Of a DNA stretch of 64,000 nt, positions 16,705 through 25,459 are shown piece by piece. A model generated the notes under the pieces. The model made no database searches, was not told the origin of the DNA, and was given only the letters and a program-made list of their open reading frames with translations. Source of the stretch: Vicinamibacterales bacterium (lineage in GTDB: Bacteria > Acidobacteriota > Vicinamibacteria > Vicinamibacterales > 2-12-FULL-66-21); NCBI GenBank assembly GCA_036496585.1, contig DASXLB010000037.1, positions 3,497 to 67,496 of the forward strand. The letters are read 5' to 3'. The position numbers and the translations under genes are program-made. Every line of letters begins with the position of its first letter. Position 1 is the stretch's first letter.

Positions 16705-19234
16705 CGCCAGCCGGCTGCTCGATCTCGCGGCATCGATTGCCGACGGCGCGTCCGTCGACTGGTCGGAGCCGGCCGGGCCGCTGTCCGCCCGCGAGCGTCG
16801 CGTGTTCGATCACCTGCGGGTGATCGATTCGCTCGCTGAGCTGTACCGCTCGTTGCCTGCCCAAGACGACGAGCCGGCGGGAGACCCGTACGCCAGTCCC
16901 GAGCCTGCCGGTCCTCATTGGGGCCGCCTCATCCTGCTCGACCGCATCGGTCAAGGCACGTCCGGCGACGTCTTCCGTGCCTGGGACGTCGAGCTGCAGC
17001 GGGAGGTCGCGCTCAAACTGCTGCACGTCGACGGCGTGTCGGACGCCGCCGCCAACGCGCGGTTGCTCGGCGAAGCGCGGCGGCTGGCTCGGGTCCGCCA
17101 TCCCAACGTCGTGCACGTCTACGGCGCCGAACGCCACGAGGAGCGCATCGGGCTCTGGATGGAACTCGTGCGCGGACGGACGCTCGACGATGTCGTCCGC
17201 GGCGAAGGACCCATGGCGATGACCGAGGCGCTGGCGATCGGCGCGGATCTCGCCGGGGCGGTCGCGGCCGTGCACGCCGCGGGACTTCTGCACCGTGACG
17301 TCAAGGCGCAGAACGTCATTCGCGAAGACAGCGGCCGCGTCGTCCTCATGGACTTCGGTACTGGCGAAGAAATCGCGTCGGCCCGCCCGGCGCTCGCCGG
17401 CACGCCGCTCTACCTGGCGCCCGAGATTCTCGGCGGAGCCGAGGCCAGCCCCGCAAGCGACGTCTACAGCCTCGGCGTGCTGCTGTTCTATCTCGTGAGC
17501 GGCCGTTATCCCGTGCATGCGGACACGGTGGAGGCGCTGACCGCCGCGCATCGTGCCGGGCGCCGGACGCTGCTGGCGGCCGCCGTGCCTGCCTCCCCGC
17601 GCACGTTCGCGCGCATCGTCGATCGCGCGCTGTCGCCCGATCCGCAGCAGCGCTACGCGACGGCGGCCGAGCTCGAGCAGGCGCTGCGGGGGTGTCTCCG
17701 ACAACCCGCGCAGCCGCTGGCGGGCGGCGCGTGGCGGAGCCGGACGATGGCGGCCGTCACGGCCGTCGCCGTCATCGCGTTGACCGCCACGGTCTGGCGG
17801 CCGTGGGCGCGCCCCGTCCCTCCCGCCGCCGCGACGTCGATCGCGGTGTTGCCGCTCACCTACGTCTCGGGCGCCGCCGATGCGCCCTCCTTCGCCGACG
17901 GCCTGACCGACCAGTTGGTCACGACACTCGGACAGATCAGCGCGCTCCGCGTAACTGCGTTGACGTCAGTACTCCGGTTCCGGCAGACCAACCGCCCGAT
18001 CGCCGCCGTTGCCTCCGAGCTTGGCGTCGGTTCCGTGCTCGAAGGCTCGGTCGCGGTGCAAGGCTCCGGCTCCGGGGCCGCGGATCCTAGAGTGCGCGTC
18101 AACCTTCGGTTGATCCGCGCGGGAACCGACGTGGAACTGTGGTCCGACAGCTTCGAGCGGCCGCTCTCGGACATCCTCGCGCTGCAGGCCGACATCGCCC
18201 GGGCCGTTGCCCGCAGTGTGCAGGCGCGGCTGTCGCAGGCGGAAGAGGCGCATCTTGCGAAACCGGCGCAGGTCAGCGCGCCAGCGCAGCGTGCCTATCT
18301 GGAGGGGATCTCGTATCTGCGGCAGAACCGGCATGGCACAGAACTGTTGCCGGCGAAGGAGGCGTTCGAGCGCGCGATCGCTCTCGATCCCACCTTCGCG
18401 CCGCCGCACGCGGCGCTCGCGCGGACTTATGTGAGCCTTGGCGACAGCGCGACCATCGCTCAGGCCGACGCGTATGCCGCGGCCGTTCCCGAGGCGCGTC
18501 GGGCTCTGGCGCTCGATCCGAGCCGGTCGGACGCCTATACGACGCTCGCCGACCTGAGCTTCCGCTATGAATGGGACTGGAGCGGCGCCGAAGCCGGCTA
18601 CAAACAGGCGATCGCGCTCGACGCCAGCGACCCGTACGCCCGCACGCAATACGCGCGGCTGCTGGCGGCGCTCGGGCGCGTGGACGAGGCCCGGCGGGAA
18701 GCCGAGACCGCCGTGGCAATTGATCCGCTGACCGCCGACGTGAAACTGACCGCCGGGCTGATGGCGTTCTATCAGCGCCGCTATCCGGAGGCGGAAGAGA
18801 TCCTGCGGCAGGTGTTGCGCATGGATCCGCGTTCCCCTGGCGCGTACGTGGTGATGGGACGCATCCAGGAGGCGCAGAAACGGTACGCCGACGCCCTGAG
18901 CCTGATCGAACGCGGCACGCGGCTGACCGATATTCCACCGTGGCGCGCCGACGTCCTGCGCGTACGTGCGCTCGCAGGCGATCAGCCGGGGGCCCGCGAG
19001 GGGCTCGCGCGCCTCAAGCAGGAGCTGGCGGGCAGCCACCAGGTACTGGAGCCCGAGTATGAGGCGTACGTCCGGCTTGCGCTCGGCGACCGCGACGCCG
19101 CCCTTGAGCTGCTCTCGTCAGCCGTGGATGCGCGAAATCCGAACGTCTTGTGGATGGCCGTCGATCCGCGCCTCGATTCTCTCCGCGACGATCCCCGCTT
19201 CCGCAACCTGATCGCGCGGCTCGGACGTCCCTGA
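16691..19234 (+). CDS. Ser/Thr protein kinase with TM, TolB-N-like domain and TPR repeats
   Basis: IGQGTSGDVF, VALKLL, LHRDVKAQN, DFG, GTPLYLAPE, SDVYSLG; SIAVLPL; TPRs; start overlaps the sigma gene end. Confidence 0.92.
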   Translation: MSTSDASRLLDLAASIADGASVDWSEPAGPLSARERRVFDHLRVIDSLAELYRSLPAQDDEPAGDPYASPEPAGPHWGRLILLDRIGQGTSGDVFRAWDVELQREVALKLLHVDGVSDAAANARLLGEARRLARVRHPNVVHVYGAERHEERIGLWMELVRGRTLDDVVRGEGPMAMTEALAIGADLAGAVAAVHAAGLLHRDVKAQNVIREDSGRVVLMDFGTGEEIASARPALAGTPLYLAPEILGGAEASPASDVYSLGVLLFYLVSGRYPVHADTVEALTAAHRAGRRTLLAAAVPASPRTFARIVDRALSPDPQQRYATAAELEQALRGCLRQPAQPLAGGAWRSRTMAAVTAVAVIALTATVWRPWARPVPPAAATSIAVLPLTYVSGAADAPSFADGLTDQLVTTLGQISALRVTALTSVLRFRQTNRPIAAVASELGVGSVLEGSVAVQGSGSGAADPRVRVNLRLIRAGTDVELWSDSFERPLSDILALQADIARAVARSVQARLSQAEEAHLAKPAQVSAPAQRAYLEGISYLRQNRHGTELLPAKEAFERAIALDPTFAPPHAALARTYVSLGDSATIAQADAYAAAVPEARRALALDPSRSDAYTTLADLSFRYEWDWSGAEAGYKQAIALDASDPYARTQYARLLAALGRVDEARREAETAVAIDPLTADVKLTAGLMAFYQRRYPEAEEILRQVLRMDPRSPGAYVVMGRIQEAQKRYADALSLIERGTRLTDIPPWRADVLRVRALAGDQPGAREGLARLKQELAGSHQVLEPEYEAYVRLALGDRDAALELLSSAVDARNPNVLWMAVDPRLDSLRDDPRFRNLIARLGRP

Positions 19235-19248
19235 TCACCCGCGATTGC

Positions 19249-19277
19249 TTGACCGCCGTCAGTCGCCTCGCTAGACT
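19249..19277 (+). promoter_or_regulatory. Sigma70-type promoter TTGACC-N17-TAGACT
   Basis: -35 at 19249-19254 and -10 at 19272-19277; RBS GGGAGGAG 19297-19304 precedes GTG 19311. Confidence 0.6.
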
Positions 19278-19310
19278 CACCTGACATCTCACAATCGGGA
19301 GGAGAGTGCA

Positions 19311-19607
19311 GTGTCCAAATCGCGCCGACCCGTGCGCAAAGCGGTGGCTTCCAAGCGCAAGCCCGCCAGCCGCCCGAAACTTACCCTCAAGAAGTCACGC
19401 AAGCCGGTGAAGACCGATGGAGGCGTGGAGCTGAAGCCCATTCGGGATGACATCACGCGTGCCGTCGAGTCGCTGAAGGCGATGCCGTCGAAAGAAGCGA
19501 TCAAGGTGACGATCGAACGCCTCGAACGGTGCCTCGCCGAATTCGACTCCATTTGCGACCCACAGAATCCCGACAGCTGTGGGACCACAATGACCTTTTG
19601 GCCGTAG
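19311..19607 (+). CDS. 98-aa Lys/Arg-rich small protein; candidate RiPP precursor
   Basis: Strong RBS and promoter; C-terminus ICDPQNPDSCGTTMTFWP; stop overlaps the start of the SagB-type gene. Confidence 0.75.
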   Translation: MSKSRRPVRKAVASKRKPASRPKLTLKKSRKPVKTDGGVELKPIRDDITRAVESLKAMPSKEAIKVTIERLERCLAEFDSICDPQNPDSCGTTMTFWP

Positions 19608-20734
19608 CACGCCGGCGCGCCGCGCTCCGCTATCGGCGATCGCCGTTCGTGGTGGGCTACTGGCGCGGCTCGAAGCTGCTCGCGTTCAACTATGCCACCG
19701 GCGCGAATACGGCACTCGCGCCGTCTCTCTGGCACGTCCTGCATGTGTGTGAAGACTGGCGCACGGCAGATCAGGTCAAGGCGGCGCTCGACATCAGCAG
19801 CGTTCGCGCCGCCGATTTCGTCCGCGCGCTGGCGTCGTACGGACTGCTCCAGCGCTCCGATGCGCCTGAGCATCCCTCCGACCGATCCATGTCCGCGATT
19901 GCGGAGTGGAATCCGGCCGCAGGGTTCTTCCACGCCGCGACACGCCACGTTCGATTTCTCGGACCTGCGGCGGCGGCGCGGCTGATTCGCCAGCGAGCGC
20001 GCGCCAGGCCCATGCCGGCCCCGGTCAAGCGGCTGCGCCGGGCGCCGATCGTCCGCCTGCCGGGCCCCGCCGAGCACGGTGAGTTCGCGGCGGTGTTGAC
20101 CAGCCGGCGGACGTGGCGCCGCTTTGGCGCGGCGCCGGTGACGCTCGGGGATCTGTCAACCGCGCTCGGCCTGACGGCGGGAGTCCGCCACTGGCTGGCG
20201 ACGCCGTTCGGCCGCGTGCCCATGAAGACGTCGCCATCCGGCGGCGCGCGCCACCCAATCGAGCTGTATGTCTGCGCGCGAGACGTCAAGGGTCTGCCGC
20301 GGGGCCTGTATCACTACGCGGCCGACGTGCACGCGCTCGAACGCATCCACGGCGAGGACATGACCGACCGGCTCCGCGTCTGGATGCCACACAGCGGCTA
20401 CTTCGCCAAGGCGGCCTTCGTCGTGGCTTTGACGGCCGTGCTCGATCGCCAGGTCTGGCGATACCCGTACGCGCGGGCCTACCGCGCCGCGCTGGCCGAG
20501 GCCGGCCACGTCTGCCAGACATTCTGCCTGACCGCTACCTGGCTTGGACTCGCGCCGTTCTGCCTGATGGGTCTTGACGATGCCGAGATCGAGAAGGACC
20601 TCGGCATCGACGGCGTACGAGAAACAGTTTTGTATGTCGCCGGAGCCGGTACCAGGCCCCGCGGCACGTTGTGGGCCCCCAAACCCCGAGGGACGATTCG
20701 GGCCGTCCCGAACCCGGCCTTCGTCCCCCGCTGA
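19598..20734 (+). CDS. SagB/ThcOx-type FMN-dependent dehydrogenase (nitroreductase fold) with N-terminal RRE-like domain
   Basis: VLTSRRTWRRF, KTSPSGGARHPIELY, GLYHY, AEAGHVCQTFCLTATWLGL; N-terminal ~90 aa with three strands then three helices; start uncertain (TTG 19598). Confidence 0.85.
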   Translation: MAVARRRAALRYRRSPFVVGYWRGSKLLAFNYATGANTALAPSLWHVLHVCEDWRTADQVKAALDISSVRAADFVRALASYGLLQRSDAPEHPSDRSMSAIAEWNPAAGFFHAATRHVRFLGPAAAARLIRQRARARPMPAPVKRLRRAPIVRLPGPAEHGEFAAVLTSRRTWRRFGAAPVTLGDLSTALGLTAGVRHWLATPFGRVPMKTSPSGGARHPIELYVCARDVKGLPRGLYHYAADVHALERIHGEDMTDRLRVWMPHSGYFAKAAFVVALTAVLDRQVWRYPYARAYRAALAEAGHVCQTFCLTATWLGLAPFCLMGLDDAEIEKDLGIDGVRETVLYVAGAGTRPRGTLWAPKPRGTIRAVPNPAFVPR

Positions 20735-20774
20735 CGACGTGTTCGCTCAGGCGGTAGCGAGCGTTAAGAGAGAC

Positions 20775-21065
20775 ATGAACGCCAGTTACCAGCTTGGAGA
20801 CGTTGTGAACGGAATGCCCGCAAACATGGCCCCTCGAGCCGCCCTGCCGGCGGTCGGACTGCACCATTCCTGCTGCCGCGAGATCCTGCGGCTGAATGGT
20901 GAAAACGCCCGGTTGAGCGACGAGCTCACCAGGATGCGCGCTCGGTACGACGACCTGACGAAGTCCGCCGAGATGTGGATCCACCTGTACGAGACGTCGC
21001 TGGCGCAACTGCGTCGCGGCGACGGAACCGCGGCTGCGACGGCGCCGCGCTCGCTGAACAGCTGA
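20775..21065 (+). CDS. Hypothetical small coiled-coil protein
   Basis: AG-rich RBS before ATG 20775; heptad-like LNGENARLSDELTRMRARYDDL. Confidence 0.55.
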   Translation: MNASYQLGDVVNGMPANMAPRAALPAVGLHHSCCREILRLNGENARLSDELTRMRARYDDLTKSAEMWIHLYETSLAQLRRGDGTAAATAPRSLNS

Positions 21066-21075
21066 CGGCACGGGG

Positions 21076-21495
21076 ATGAGCGAATCATCGAACGTGCGGC
21101 TGCGTCGGAAGCCCGACGCGCGCGTCGTCGAGCATCCGTCCGGGGTGACCGCGTACCCGGAGCCGTACGCGGTCCCGGTGCTGCCGCCCGGATGGGCGCC
21201 GCTCGACGAGAGCGACGCCGAGGCGGTCCTGCACGCCTGCGACGACCTGCCCGCCGCCTGCCGCCTTCGCCTTGGATCGCTGTGGGACGGCTCGGCCGAG
21301 TATCGCGTGTATTGCCTGCATGGCGACACATGGGGAGGCGTGCACGCGGCCACGCAATTCAGATTCGGCCGCAACTGCCGCCTGCTGGCGATCGCGCATG
21401 AGTCGCGCGACGTCGCGCGCATCGCGATCGAGTTCGCGAACTGGGATCTGGAATCCGCCGGCGCCACCTGGCGCCTGAGGCTCGACCTCGAGTGA
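21076..21495 (+). CDS. Hypothetical protein
   Basis: ATG 10 bp after the previous stop; GGGG-type RBS; globular composition. Confidence 0.6.
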   Translation: MSESSNVRLRRKPDARVVEHPSGVTAYPEPYAVPVLPPGWAPLDESDAEAVLHACDDLPAACRLRLGSLWDGSAEYRVYCLHGDTWGGVHAATQFRFGRNCRLLAIAHESRDVARIAIEFANWDLESAGATWRLRLDLE

Positions 21496-21510
21496 GCGTC
21501 CGGCGGGCCT

Positions 21511-21930
21511 GCAGGCCTGAAGGCCTGCGCTACGCGAGCCCGCCTGCGCTACGGGGTGCGCCAGCTGTGTCGGTCAATTTGCGACGTAGCGCAGACCTTC
21601 AGGTCTGCTTCATCCCGCCGGTTTGCGCCGCGAGGCAGGCCTGAAGGCCTGCGCTACGGCGGGCTGGTGCGCTACGGCGGGCTGGCCTGCGCTACGGTGT
21701 GTGCCAGCTGTGTCGGTCAATTTGCGACGTAGCGCAGACCTTCAGGTCTGCTTCATCCCGCCGGTTTGCGCCGCGAGGCAGGCCTGAAGGCCTGCGCTAC
21801 GGCGGGTTGGTGCGCTACGGCGGGCTGGCCTGCGCTACGGTGTGCGCCAGCTGTGTCGGTCAATTTGCGACGTAGCGCAGACCTTCAGGTCTGCTTCATC
21901 CCGCCGGCTTGCTCCGCGAGGCAGGCCTGA
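21511..21930. repeat. Tandem array of about three 143-bp units, each with an inverted pair of GTAG-type REP palindromes (BIME/REPIN-like)
   Basis: Unit marker CCAGCTGTGT at 21561, 21704, 21847; GTAGCGCAGACCTTCAGGTCTGC at 21586, 21729, 21872; inverse GCAGGCCTGAAGGCCTGCGCTAC at 21511, 21635, 21778; lies between convergent genes. Confidence 0.92.
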
Positions 21931-21941
21931 GCAAGCGCCCC

Positions 21942-24842
21942 CTAGCGGGCGCCGACCGGACGCGGTCCACGCTGCGGCGCGGTGGAGCTCTGCGGCACCT
22001 TGCGCCGGTACTGATCGAAGAAACGGTTGCACGCCTTGTGGAACCGGTCGGCGAGCTGGCGGCCGGTGTCGCCCGGGACCGGCACCAGACGCGCGAACGA
22101 CGCCTGTGCCTGCCGGACCTCGTCGGCCAGGCCCCGCCACTTCGACTCTTCGCCGGCGCGGCCGCCGATCGTGTTCGACGCGAGGGCTTCGCGCAGTCGC
22201 GCCGCGAGATCCTGCGGCGAATCCTGGGGCGACTCGGCGCCGGACACGAGGTTCTCGACCCGTCCAACCAGCTTCTCCATACGCTGGCGGCTGGCCTCGA
22301 TGTCGAGTTCGGTGCCCTTGAAGGGCTCCGGGAAGGCCGTCAGCAGCCGCTCGATGGCCGAGACGAAGCGCGCGCTGAGCGGATCGGCGCCAGAGCGCAC
22401 CGCCGTCATCGACTGATTCCAGCGGGTGCGGAGCGACCGGACTTTCTCGAGGAGGTCGGCCGGCGCCGGGCTGTCTTCGGAGGGGAAGAGGCCCTCGAGT
22501 TCGCCGATCAGCGCCTCGCGATCGGACTGTCGTGATTCCAACTCGATCTCGTCGCGCCGCTTGTAGCGCTCGAAGAACGTATCGGCGGCGGTGCGGAAGC
22601 GCTGCCACAGCGCCTCGGACTTGCTGCGCCGGACGGGGCCGGCGGTTTTCCAGTCTGCCTGGAGCCGTCGCAGTTCGGCGGCCGCCTTGTCCCATTCCCG
22701 CGACTGCGCGAGCTCTTCGGCGCGGGCGCAGAGCGCTTCCTTCTTCGCCTGGTTCGCCGACCACACTTCCTTGCGCTGCGCCAGGTCCTCGTTGCGCCGG
22801 GAGAAGAAACGATCGCAGGCGTCGCGGAAGCGCTTCCACACCAGCCGCGTGTCGGCGCGCGGCACCGGACCGAGGGCCTGCCACTCGGCCTGCAGCTTCT
22901 TCATTTCGTCGGCGGTCTTGATCCAGTCGGTCGAATCGGCAATCGCCTCGGCGCGCTCGATGAGCGCGAGCTTCTTCTGCAGGCTCTCGTCGCGCTCCTG
23001 GGCGCGGGCCGCGAAAAACTCGCGTGCGTGGGCCTGGATCGGATCGGCGGCCAGCCGGTAGCGGTGCCAGAGCGTCTGTGCCTGGGTGCGCGGCGCTTCG
23101 GCCGCCGTCTTCCAGCGTTCCTGGATCTCGTGCAGCTCGCGGGCCGCCTTTTCCATCTCGTCCGGCTTGGCGAAGTCGAACTTCTTCGACAGCCCTTCGG
23201 TCTGCGCGATCAGCTCTTCCTGGACGGCGGCATTGGCGAACCGCTTCCATTCGTCCATCTCGCGCAGCTCGTGCAGCTTGGGCGCCAGCACGCCGAGCGC
23301 CGCCTTCAGGCGCTCGACCAGGTAGTCGCGCTCGTGGTGCGGCACGTTGAGGGGCGTCTCGATCGCGGCGCGCAGATCCTTGGCCGCCTTCTCGGCTTCC
23401 TTCAGCGTGAGGTCTTCGGCTTCGGCGCGCTTGTGGACGCGCTCGATCAGCTGATCGACGCGCGCGACCTGCTGCCGCAGCGCTTTTTCGACCGCCGCCT
23501 TCTTGGCTTCCGCACGTTCGCGGATGATCGCGTCCGCCGCGGCGAAACGCTGATCGACCGCCGGGTCGAGCTCTTCGGACTTGTCGCGGAGCGATTTCCA
23601 CTCGCGCCCGACCGAGTCCCAGGCGTAGGGCGGGCTGTCGGGCTCCGCGGCGAGCTGTTCGGCCTCGGCGGCGAGTTCGCCGAGGCGGGTGTTGGTCCGC
23701 GCCATGTCCTGGCGGTTCTCGTGGCGGACGCGGGCCCGATCGCAGGCCTCCTGGAAGCGCCGGCCGAAGCTCGCGTGCACCGCCTCGTCGGGATCGGCGG
23801 CGAGTCCTTCCCATTCCGATCGGGCCTGCTCGACCCGATCGAGGGCGTCGTCGCCGTAGAACGATTCGATCCGCTCGCAGATCGCGGACTTGCCGCCGCG
23901 CGCGGCGGCGAGCTCGGCTTCGCGGGCGTCGCGCTCGGCGCGGGCGCCGGCTTCCCGCGCGATGTCCTCGCGCGCCGAATTGGCCGCCGTCTCGAAGCGG
24001 CTCTGATCGGCGGCTGCGGTGTCGTGCGTCGACCCGGCGAGGAGCTCGCGCCAGCTGTTCTCGACGGCGGCCAGCCGCTCGGCCGCATCGGGAGCGGCGG
24101 CCGCGCCGCGCACCCCTTCTGCGCTGGCGATCGCGAAGGCGACGCGCTGCACGTGCTGTTCGGAGGCGATCTTTCTGGCGGCTTCCGCTTCGTCGATGGC
24201 CTGCACCATCGCGCGGGCGCGCTTGCCGACCGACTTGCTGGCGGCGCGGTCGGCGAGCTGGTCCAGCGCGGCGCGGTCCTGCAAGCCGGACCGCTCGAGC
24301 GCGGCGATGCCGGCGTCCTTGTGCTCGGTCTTGGCCGCGATGTTGAGCAGTTCCGCCGGCTCCTGCACCCGCTCGACCGCGAGCAGCGCGACGCGGCCGT
24401 CGGCCGCCTGGCGCGCCACGGAGCTGAGCGTCCGCACGTCGGTCAGGCGGTTCACCGCGTCGACCCGCACGCTGTCGATCGGCGATGCCTTGGCGACGTT
24501 GCCGATCTGCTTCGGCTCGCGCAGCGCGGCCAGCGCGCGCCCGGCAATCGGCGCGTCGCCCGAAGACGCGGCGACGCCGGCCAGGCGCTCCAGCGTCTCG
24601 GTGCGGATCGCCTCGTCGGCCTCGGCGTCGGCGATGGCGGCCAGCACCTCGACGTCCTGGATCCGGGCGGCCGCCGCGCGCCTGACGCGCGGATCGGCGT
24701 CCTCGCGCGCCATCGCGGCGATTGCCGCGCGCTCTTCCTCGGTCGCGGCGCTGTCGCTGAAGTCGTGCACGGCGGCGAGCCGCACTTCCGGGTCAGCCGA
24801 CTTGTACTTGGGTTGAATCTTGAAGCGGTCGAGGAAAGACAT
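21942..24842 (-). CDS. DUF349 domain-containing protein
   Basis: Repeated W...A.E...LQ.EW...GPV.R.....W.RFR.A.D.FF units and MDEWKRFANAAVQEEL; start moved to ATG 24842. Confidence 0.85.
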   Translation of the reverse strand: MSFLDRFKIQPKYKSADPEVRLAAVHDFSDSAATEEERAAIAAMAREDADPRVRRAAAARIQDVEVLAAIADAEADEAIRTETLERLAGVAASSGDAPIAGRALAALREPKQIGNVAKASPIDSVRVDAVNRLTDVRTLSSVARQAADGRVALLAVERVQEPAELLNIAAKTEHKDAGIAALERSGLQDRAALDQLADRAASKSVGKRARAMVQAIDEAEAARKIASEQHVQRVAFAIASAEGVRGAAAAPDAAERLAAVENSWRELLAGSTHDTAAADQSRFETAANSAREDIAREAGARAERDAREAELAAARGGKSAICERIESFYGDDALDRVEQARSEWEGLAADPDEAVHASFGRRFQEACDRARVRHENRQDMARTNTRLGELAAEAEQLAAEPDSPPYAWDSVGREWKSLRDKSEELDPAVDQRFAAADAIIRERAEAKKAAVEKALRQQVARVDQLIERVHKRAEAEDLTLKEAEKAAKDLRAAIETPLNVPHHERDYLVERLKAALGVLAPKLHELREMDEWKRFANAAVQEELIAQTEGLSKKFDFAKPDEMEKAARELHEIQERWKTAAEAPRTQAQTLWHRYRLAADPIQAHAREFFAARAQERDESLQKKLALIERAEAIADSTDWIKTADEMKKLQAEWQALGPVPRADTRLVWKRFRDACDRFFSRRNEDLAQRKEVWSANQAKKEALCARAEELAQSREWDKAAAELRRLQADWKTAGPVRRSKSEALWQRFRTAADTFFERYKRRDEIELESRQSDREALIGELEGLFPSEDSPAPADLLEKVRSLRTRWNQSMTAVRSGADPLSARFVSAIERLLTAFPEPFKGTELDIEASRQRMEKLVGRVENLVSGAESPQDSPQDLAARLREALASNTIGGRAGEESKWRGLADEVRQAQASFARLVPVPGDTGRQLADRFHKACNRFFDQYRRKVPQSSTAPQRGPRPVGAR

Positions 24843-24858
24843 CTGGGGAGCCTTACTC

Positions 24859-24922
24859 AATTTGGAAATGGAGAAATGTGAATGTGGAACTTTCCACATT
24901 TCCACATTTTCAAATTCCCAAA
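24859..24922. repeat. AT-rich imperfect inverted repeat built from AAATGTGGA-like microrepeats
   Basis: AATTTGGAAATGGAGAAATGTGAATGTGGAA versus TTCCACATTTCCACATTTTCAAATTCCCAAAT. Confidence 0.7.
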
Positions 24923-24929
24923 TCGCGAA

Positions 24930-25274
24930 TTATTGTGATTCAGCCGTCAGCCAATCGGCGATCTGTTCGCGCGTCCACAGGTGATCGTCGTTCAGGTGCA
25001 CGAGCATCGGGGCGAGCGGCAGTCGCTTCTTACATCCTTCATGCGGGCAGCGCTTCGTCACCTCGTCGAGACAGCGGAACAACCGTTCGAGGTGGTCTGG
25101 AATGAGCTTCCCGTGCGGTCGCGGCAGATGATAGACGGCGTCGTACACGGCGCCGAGCGCGCAGGAGCCGCCCTTCTCGTCGAAATAGCTGCCGAAACAC
25201 TGTGGCCCACGCGTCGAGCCGGCGCGAATGTACTCGGCCAGCTCACGTTGTTCGCTCTGGAGCGGGGTTACCAT
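24930..25274 (-). CDS. Small Cys/His-rich hypothetical protein, possibly metal-binding
   Basis: RBS GGAGG; SCALGA, CPHEGC and HLNDDHLWTREQIADWL motifs. Confidence 0.75.
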   Translation of the reverse strand: MVTPLQSEQRELAEYIRAGSTRGPQCFGSYFDEKGGSCALGAVYDAVYHLPRPHGKLIPDHLERLFRCLDEVTKRCPHEGCKKRLPLAPMLVHLNDDHLWTREQIADWLTAESQ

Positions 25275-25459
25275 CTCTGGCCTCCAAAGAAGGACTCCAA
25301 TTGTAGCGCAGCGTTCAGTTGATCAATGATCATTCGGCGATCCCGCGACGACCGCGGATCCATTCGCTTGAATCGTCGCGCACGATCTTTTGGGCTTCGG
25401 GCTGCCGGTGGCGAACGTGGTGTTCGACCCCGGCGATCACGCGGCCGATTCCGAACGCC

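Noticed and set aside
21511-21930. Possible CRISPR array
   Set aside because: Inter-repeat sequences are identical rather than unique spacers, the period is 143 bp, and no cas genes are present
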